Source: a virus. From it: DNA of 11,642 nt. A model generated the notes under the pieces. It was not told where the DNA came from. It saw only the letters and a program-made list of their open reading frames with translations, and made no database searches. The DNA lies in the UHGV virus genome UHGV-0294613. One strand, given 5' to 3'. The translations under genes were made by a program, and so were the position numbers. Below are positions 7,239-11,642 of the stretch, piece by piece (the first letter of the stretch is position 1; each line of letters starts with the position of its first letter).

Positions 7239-7262
7239 ACATGATTGAAATGAACCTTCAAG
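7234..7262 (-). promoter_or_regulatory. PR-like promoter for cro
   Basis: Minus strand: -35 TTGAAG (7262..7257), 17-nt spacer, -10 TAATAT (7239..7234). Confidence 0.45.
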
Positions 7263-7265
7263 ATA

Positions 7266-7286
7266 CTTGTACCTTAACGGTACAAG
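7266..7286. promoter_or_regulatory. Operator O2 (palindrome)
   Basis: CTTGTACC-TTAAC-GGTACAAG: perfect 8-bp inverted arms sharing the TGTAC core with O1. Confidence 0.6.
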
Positions 7287-7295
7287 GGTTTTAAT
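7267..7295 (+). promoter_or_regulatory. PRM-like promoter giving a leaderless cI transcript
   Basis: -35 TTGTAC (7267-7272, inside O2), 17-nt spacer, -10 TTTAAT (7290-7295). The predicted start is about 7302, the cI ATG itself, and no SD precedes it, as with lambda PRM. Confidence 0.35.
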
Positions 7296-7301
7296 TTCGT
7301 T

Positions 7302-7976
7302 ATGAAAACAATCCATGACATCCGGCGGTCTAACGCCAGAAAACTGAGAGATGGTGTTGGCGGGAATTCTTCCTTTGCCACTATGATTGATCGCGAGCCA
7401 ACCCAGACCAGCAGGTTTATGGGAGATGGTGCTACTAAAAATATCGGTGACAGCATGGCACGACACATCGAAAAATGTTTCGACCTGCCTGTCGGATGGC
7501 TCGATCAAGAACACCAGACAACGAACATCACAAAAAAACCTGATGTTTCAATCACTAATAAACAAATCACATTAGTCCCTGTCATATCATGGGTACAGGC
7601 CGGAGCATGGAAAGAAGTTGGATATTCTGAGGTTGATTTGAGCACAGCAGAAACGTATCCCTGCCCTGTACCCTGTGGGGAAATGACTTATATCTTGCGG
7701 GTGATAGGTGATTCAATGATTGATGAGTACCGCCCGGGAGACATGATTTTTGTCGATCCTGAAGTACCTGCCTGCCACGGTGACGACGTTATTGCATTGA
7801 TGCACGATACAGGTGAAACCACCTTCAAAAGGTTGATAGAAGATGGGACACAGCGTTATCTCAAAGCGTTAAACCCAAACTGGCCTGAGCCTTACATTAA
7901 GATCAACGGTAATTGCTCTATAATTGGTACAGTGATTTTCTCAGGAAAACCAAGAAGATACAAAATCAAAGCCTAA
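7302..7976 (+). CDS. cI: CI-type prophage repressor (N-terminal HTH plus C-terminal LexA-like S24 autopeptidase), 224 aa
   Basis: C-terminal domain carries the GDSM serine motif and a downstream KRL lysine; an Ala-Gly pair (VQAG/AW) is a candidate RecA-stimulated cleavage site. Divergent from cro across palindromic operators. Confidence 0.85.
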   Translation: MKTIHDIRRSNARKLRDGVGGNSSFATMIDREPTQTSRFMGDGATKNIGDSMARHIEKCFDLPVGWLDQEHQTTNITKKPDVSITNKQITLVPVISWVQAGAWKEVGYSEVDLSTAETYPCPVPCGEMTYILRVIGDSMIDEYRPGDMIFVDPEVPACHGDDVIALMHDTGETTFKRLIEDGTQRYLKALNPNWPEPYIKINGNCSIIGTVIFSGKPRRYKIKA

Positions 7977-7989
7977 TCAATGTTTATGA

Positions 7990-8011
7990 ACCTGCTTCGG
8001 CAGGTTTTTTT
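7990..8011 (+). terminator. Rho-independent terminator after cI
   Basis: ACCTGC-TTCG-GCAGGT stem with a UUCG-type tetraloop (7990-8005), followed by T7 (8005-8011), 14 nt after the cI stop. Confidence 0.75.
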
Positions 8012-8015
8012 ATAC

Positions 8016-8048
8016 TTGACAATGTACCTTTGAGATACATAATGTACC
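8016..8048 (+). promoter_or_regulatory. PL-like early promoter with operator half-sites
   Basis: -35 TTGACA (8016-8021), 16-nt spacer, -10 CATAAT (8038-8043). Overlapping AATGTACC (8021-8028), GATACAT (8033-8039) and AATGTACC (8041-8048) carry the same TGTAC core as O1/O2. Confidence 0.55.
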
Positions 8049-8132
8049 CAAGCGAAACAACGAACAGGCAGGACGCCCACGAAGTAGCCGCCTGGGGCAT
8101 ATGAAGTCCAGGATGATTCGTTAGCAACAAAA

Positions 8133-8166
8133 AAGCGCCCTACAGGACGCTTAGCTCTTTAACAAT
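8133..8166 (+). promoter_or_regulatory. nut-like element: boxB-like hairpin plus rrn-type boxA
   Basis: Hairpin AAGCG-CCCTACAGGA-CGCTT (8133-8152) followed by GCTCTTTAACAAT (8154-8166), which matches the rRNA-operon boxA consensus TGCTCTTTAACAA; about 100 nt downstream of the PL-like start. Confidence 0.45.
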
Positions 8167-8210
8167 CTGGTCCCCATCAACAAGTAACTGATAACTTGAG
8201 GAGATGTGAA

Positions 8211-8417
8211 ATGCACAAAACAGAACCCAAAATCGTCGCGCCTGGCTACACAGATGAGGAAATTTATGAGTGGATGACAAAGAAGCTGGCAGCTATAAAC
8301 CAGCTTCGTGAAGTGCTGTCTTATCGACAGGAAACAATAGACTCCTTAAAAAAACTGGATCAGGAAATCACGGTTTTATCACAGGATGTTACTTTAGATA
8401 TTGTGCAGACAAATTAG
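8211..8417 (+). CDS. Hypothetical small acidic protein, 68 aa (first gene of the PL-like operon)
   Basis: ATG 8211 is preceded by GAGGAG with a 7-nt spacer (the track's 8196 start is a TTG). AT-rich. Its 3' end overlaps the convergent 144-aa gene by 29 nt. No Arg-rich motif, so not N-like. Confidence 0.55.
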   Translation: MHKTEPKIVAPGYTDEEIYEWMTKKLAAINQLREVLSYRQETIDSLKKLDQEITVLSQDVTLDIVQTN

Positions 8418-8823
8418 GATCCCATTCATTTTCGTCAAAATCATCAAAGTGATGAATTTGTGATCTCCAGTCTCGATAATCTAAAAATTTCTGGGCGGTT
8501 ACGCTTATTTTATCAAGTGTGAGTTCATCCTGAATTGAAAGAAGAAGTTCATCAAATTTCATCTCATTAATCTGTTTTGGCATCCAGTGATGCTTCATCA
8601 GAATAAGGTGAACCAGAGCCTTTTTCCCATTCAACTGATTATAGGGAGTGCCGAATTTCTTCCGGTGCTCATGTAAGACAAGGTCCAAAAGAGTAAGTAA
8701 TGTTGCCCTTGATTCAACTTTGCTTATTTCGACTGATGACACTACCCCACTGATTTCAATGCCCCGATACTTTCCAACATTTTCACAGTGGGATTTGTAC
8801 AGCGTATAGATATTACCGGACAT
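8389..8823 (-). CDS. Hypothetical protein, 144 aa, AT-rich, antisense to the PL-like operon
   Basis: Complete ORF; ATG 8823 is preceded by AAGGAAAAG. Convergent with and overlapping the 68-aa gene. No family recognised. Confidence 0.6.
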   Translation of the reverse strand: MSGNIYTLYKSHCENVGKYRGIEISGVVSSVEISKVESRATLLTLLDLVLHEHRKKFGTPYNQLNGKKALVHLILMKHHWMPKQINEMKFDELLLSIQDELTLDKISVTAQKFLDYRDWRSQIHHFDDFDENEWDPNLSAQYLK

Positions 8824-8838
8824 TTCTTTTCCTTTTGC

Positions 8839-8887
8839 GTTGTTGGGGATAACCAGATTAACCGAATCCTTGTTGTTGGGGAATAAC
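8839..8887. repeat. Direct repeats GTTGTTGGGGATAAC / GTTGTTGGGGAATAAC upstream of the 144-aa gene
   Basis: Copies at 8839-8853 and 8872-8887, spaced 33 bp start to start, lying 16-65 bp upstream of the minus-strand ATG at 8823. Confidence 0.6.
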
Positions 8888-9107
8888 TAGGTCCACCTCG
8901 CCTGATGTGGCTAAAAGCAGGCACATAACAGCTAAGTATTTTCAACCAGAGAGAATCCTTAGCGTTGTGGTGAATGCGGCTCAGCGCACGCGGGTTAAGG
9001 TTGAGGCTGACAGTCGACCTTCTGTGGATACCCACCCGCCTGGTGTGCAACCTTCGCCAGGCACCGGGAGGCACCCGGCACCACAACTTTATGCTGTGTG
9101 TAGTCTT

Positions 9108-9154
9108 GGCGGTACCAGCTTGTACCCTTGCTTCCGGCTGGTACCGTCCTTTTT
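9108..9154 (+). terminator. Strong stem-loop with U-tract (plus-strand terminator candidate)
   Basis: 12-bp stem 9108-9119/9137-9148 (CGGTACCAGC pairs GCTGGTACCG, plus G-C and G-U closing pairs), 17-nt loop, then CTTTTT (9149-9154). No U-tract on the minus strand. Confidence 0.5.
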
Positions 9155-9156
9155 AC

Positions 9157-9241
9157 AAAACAGAGAAGAGCATCACCGGACGACGGGCTCATAACCCAAT
9201 CCATCCGGGCGGCTGCCACCGCAGGTGTTCTTCTCTGTTTT
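9157..9241. other. Long-range stem (13 bp perfect, about 18 bp with wobbles) enclosing a 49-nt substructured loop
   Basis: AAAACAGAGAAGA (9157-9169) pairs with TCTTCTCTGTTTT (9229-9241); inner stem CCGGA (9176-9180)/TCCGG (9204-9208). A-tract and T-tract flank the stem as in bidirectional terminators. Lies in a GC-rich stretch with no credible ORF. Confidence 0.45.
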
Positions 9242-9367
9242 GTGGAGAAACTAACCGCCCCTACGGGGGCATTTATGGAAATGTAATTGACTCAATAATC
9301 GCCGGACGGTGAGGGCTTCCTTTTACCGGAATTCAGCGCGGTGCAGCGCATATACGTGGAGAACAAA

Positions 9368-9904
9368 ATGTCATTTATTAAAACTTTTTCCGGGAAGCAT
9401 TTTTATTATGACAGGATAAATAAAGACGACATCGTTATTAACGATATCGCGGTTTCCCTTTCAAATATCTGTCGCTTTGCAGGACATCTTTCACACTTCT
9501 ACAGTGTCGCCCAACATGCGGTGCTTTGCAGCCAGCTGGTGCCGCAGGAATTTGCTTTTGAAGCTTTAATGCATGATGCAACAGAAGCATATTGCCAGGA
9601 CATCCCCGCACCACTGAAACGACTTCTTCCTGACTATAAACGGATGGAAGAAAAAATAGACGCCGTAATCCGTGAGAAATACGGGTTACCTCCTGTTATG
9701 AGCACGCCAGTGAAATATGCCGATCTCATTATGCTGGCAACCGAACGCCGCGATCTCGGGCTTGATGATGGCTCTTTCTGGCCTGTGCTGGAAGGTATCC
9801 CGGCAACAGAGATGTTCAACGTGATTCCACTGGCTCCAGGCCATGCCTACGGGATGTTTATGGAACGCTTTAACGAATTATCGGAGTTACGCAAATGCGC
9901 ATGA
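9368..9904 (+). CDS. HD-domain phosphohydrolase (YfbR-like small HD hydrolase), 178 aa
   Basis: His...His-Asp...Asp pattern (GHLSHFYSVAQHAV ... LMHDATEAY ... D). ATG 9368 is preceded by GGAG with a 6-nt spacer; the track's 9341 start is a GTG extension. Confidence 0.7.
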   Translation: MSFIKTFSGKHFYYDRINKDDIVINDIAVSLSNICRFAGHLSHFYSVAQHAVLCSQLVPQEFAFEALMHDATEAYCQDIPAPLKRLLPDYKRMEEKIDAVIREKYGLPPVMSTPVKYADLIMLATERRDLGLDDGSFWPVLEGIPATEMFNVIPLAPGHAYGMFMERFNELSELRKCA

Positions 9905-10137
9905 ATGTTTTCGAAATGGAAGGGTTTCTTCGTGGGAGATGTGTACCGCGAGATCTGAAAGTGAATGAAACGGATGCTGAATACCTGGTGCGTAAATTCG
10001 ATGCGCTTGAAGCTAAATGTGCAGCACAGGAAAACAAAGTAATACCAGTGTCAACTGAACTGCCACCAGCAAATGAAAGTGTTTTGTTATTCGATGCTAA
10101 CGGAGAAGGCTGGCTAATTGGCTGGCGTTCTCTCTGA
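9895..10137 (+). CDS. Small phage protein, 80 aa as an ORF (DUF551-like from memory); the frame stays open 40 codons past its TGA
   Basis: ATG 9895 overlaps the HD stop (ATGCGCATGA). After TGA 10135-10137 the same frame continues YTWGQKETGEWQWTFQVGDLENVNITHWAVMPKAPEAGA and ends in TAATG coupled to the next gene at 10257. Confidence 0.5.
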   Translation: MRMNVFEMEGFLRGRCVPRDLKVNETDAEYLVRKFDALEAKCAAQENKVIPVSTELPPANESVLLFDANGEGWLIGWRSL

Positions 10138-10256
10138 TACACCTGGGGACAAAAAGAAACCGGAGAATGGCAGTGGACATTTCAGGTCGGGGACCTTGAA
10201 AACGTCAATATCACTCACTGGGCAGTAATGCCAAAAGCACCGGAGGCTGGAGCATA

Positions 10257-10562
10257 ATGACCACTTTTACCGACAAAGAACTGATTAAAGAAATTAAAGA
10301 GCGTATCAGCAGCCTTGACGTGCGAGACGATATTGAGCGCCGTGCTTATGAAATCGCACTCCTATCTCTGGAAGTAGAACCAGATGAACGCGAAGCTTAT
10401 GAATTATTCATGGAAAAGCGTTTCGGTGACTTAGTAGATCGTCGGAGAGCAAAAAACGGCGATAACGAATACATGGCATGGGATATGACTCTCGGTTGGA
10501 TCGTCTGGCAGCAACGAGCTGGTATCCATTTTTCAACAATGTCACAACAAGAGGTGAAATAA
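10257..10562 (+). CDS. Hypothetical protein, 101 aa
   Basis: ATG 10257 is preceded by GGAGG; its stop TAA overlaps the xis ATG at 10562. No family recognised. Confidence 0.55.
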   Translation: MTTFTDKELIKEIKERISSLDVRDDIERRAYEIALLSLEVEPDEREAYELFMEKRFGDLVDRRRAKNGDNEYMAWDMTLGWIVWQQRAGIHFSTMSQQEVK

Positions 10563-10912
10563 TGGAGCCATACAGCCTCACACTCGATGAGGCCTGTCAT
10601 TTTCTCAAGATATCCAGACCGACTGCCATTAACTGGATACGCACAGGGCGTCTTCAGGCAACACGCAAAGATCCCACTAAGAATAAATCTCCTTACCTCA
10701 CAACACGACAAGCCTGCATTGCGGCTCTTCAGTCTCCGCTGCATACTGTCCAGGTGAGCGCGGGTGATGGCATAACAGAGGAAAGAAAATGTCACTCTTC
10801 CGCAGAGGTGAAATATGGTACGCCAGTTTCACATTGCCGAACGGTAAAAGATTTAAACAGTCTCTTGGAACAAAGGACAAAAGGCAGGCGACAGGACTCC
10901 ATGACAAGCTAA
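10562..10912 (+). CDS. xis: Excisionase, 116 aa
   Basis: HTH-like [26 protein letters not shown]; sits immediately upstream of int and overlaps it (10789-10912) in another frame. Size and arrangement match P22 Xis from memory. Confidence 0.7.
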   Translation: MEPYSLTLDEACHFLKISRPTAINWIRTGRLQATRKDPTKNKSPYLTTRQACIAALQSPLHTVQVSAGDGITEERKCHSSAEVKYGTPVSHCRTVKDLNSLLEQRTKGRRQDSMTS

Positions 10913-11642
10913 AGGCTGAAGCATGGCGGGTCAGCAAACTTGGTGAAATACCTGATATAACGTTCGAGGAAGCTTGTGTCAGGTGGCTTGAAGAGAAAGC
11001 ACATAAAAAATCACTGGACGATGACAAAAGCCGGATCGGATTCTGGCTTCAACATTTCGCAGGAATGCAACTAAGAGACATTACTGAATCAAAAATTTAT
11101 TCAGCAATGCAGAAAATGACGAACCGGCGTCATGAGGAAAACTGGAAACTCAGGGCAGAAGCATGCAGAAAAAAAGGGAAACCTGTTCCAGAATACACGC
11201 CAAAACCAGCGTCCGTTGCAACGAAGGCTACGCATCTTTCATTTATAAAGGCCCTACTAAGAGCCGCAGAGCGTGAATGGAAAATGCTGGATAAGGCACC
11301 AATTATTAAAGTGCCTCAACCAAAGAATAAACGGATCCGCTGGCTGGAGCCCCATGAAGCACAAAGGCTGATTGATGAATGTCCGGAGCCATTAAAGTCT
11401 GTTGTTGAATTTGCACTGGCAACAGGCTTAAGACGCTCGAACATCATCAACCTTGAATGGCAACAAATAGATATGCAGCGCCGGGTGGCATGGATAAACC
11501 CGGAAGAGAGTAAATCAAACCGCGCAATTGGCGTTGCGCTGAATGATACTGCATGTCGCGTATTGAAAAAACAAATCGGGAATCATCACCGTTGGGTATT
11601 TGTGTACAAGGAAAGCTGTACCAAACCAGACGGAACGAAAGC
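10789..11642 (+). CDS. int: Tyrosine integrase, P22-type, N-terminal ~284 aa; 3' end truncated by the window
   Basis: Translation [34 protein letters not shown]... matches the P22-family integrase N-terminus as I recall it. RBS GAGGA upstream; the ORF runs off the window end, so the catalytic C-terminus and att site are not visible. Confidence 0.85.
   Translation, partial: MSLFRRGEIWYASFTLPNGKRFKQSLGTKDKRQATGLHDKLKAEAWRVSKLGEIPDITFEEACVRWLEEKAHKKSLDDDKSRIGFWLQHFAGMQLRDITESKIYSAMQKMTNRRHEENWKLRAEACRKKGKPVPEYTPKPASVATKATHLSFIKALLRAAEREWKMLDKAPIIKVPQPKNKRIRWLEPHEAQRLIDECPEPLKSVVEFALATGLRRSNIINLEWQQIDMQRRVAWINPEESKSNRAIGVALNDTACRVLKKQIGNHHRWVFVYKESCTKPDGTK

Noticed and set aside
7011-7514. 167-aa minus-strand ORF spanning the cro region
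   Set aside because: Only the last 66 codons (from ATG 7211, with a GGAGG RBS) form a Cro-like protein. The N-terminal extension runs antisense through the operators and the cI 5' end and is a frame artefact.
8211-8417. The 68-aa first gene of the PL operon as an N antiterminator
   Set aside because: The protein is acidic with no arginine-rich RNA-binding motif; its position alone is insufficient.
9111-9128. GGTAC / TTGTACC motifs in the first hairpin as an additional repressor operator
   Set aside because: The arrangement is everted relative to O1/O2 and GTAC is self-complementary, so a chance match inside a hairpin stem is likely; kept only as a note.
8742-9312. ORFs 8907..9194 (+), 8974..9312 (+), 8995..9219 (-) and 8742..9086 (-) in the GC-rich region
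   Set aside because: Mutually overlapping frames, no RBS, Pro/Gly/Arg-rich translations typical of GC-rich non-coding DNA; the region is better explained by RNA secondary structure.
8890-9340. Retron ncRNA, CRISPR array or tRNA in the structured region
   Set aside because: No reverse transcriptase gene adjacent, no repeat-spacer periodicity, and no T-loop or acceptor-stem cloverleaf could be built.

Overview
The window reads as the early/regulatory half of a lambdoid prophage with a P22-type integrase, laid out in inverted lambda orientation. Right to left on the minus strand: cro, a CII-position gene, an iteron-bearing replication initiator, and a nin-like block (stand-alone LexA-N-terminal-domain protein, RusA, KilA-N, DUF968, Q-like antiterminator), then a PR'/tR'-like late promoter module, a low-GC 176-aa cargo gene and a 597-bp element bounded by perfect 140-bp inverted repeats. 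On the plus strand: a leaderless CI repressor with two palindromic operators shared with cro, a terminator, a PL-like promoter with an rrn-type boxA, an AT-rich convergent two-gene cargo module (68 aa sense, 144 aa antisense), a ~450-bp GC-rich non-coding structured region, then a coupled operon of HD hydrolase, a TGA-interrupted small ORF, a 101-aa ORF, xis and a 3'-truncated int. No N-like, recombination, helicase-loader, lysis or structural genes are visible. The best candidates for an undescribed system are the convergent cargo pair in the PL region, the Q-dependent 176-aa gene with its inverted-repeat cassette, and the stand-alone LexA DNA-binding-domain protein. All calls rest on reading the sequence and on recalled family signatures; no searches were run.
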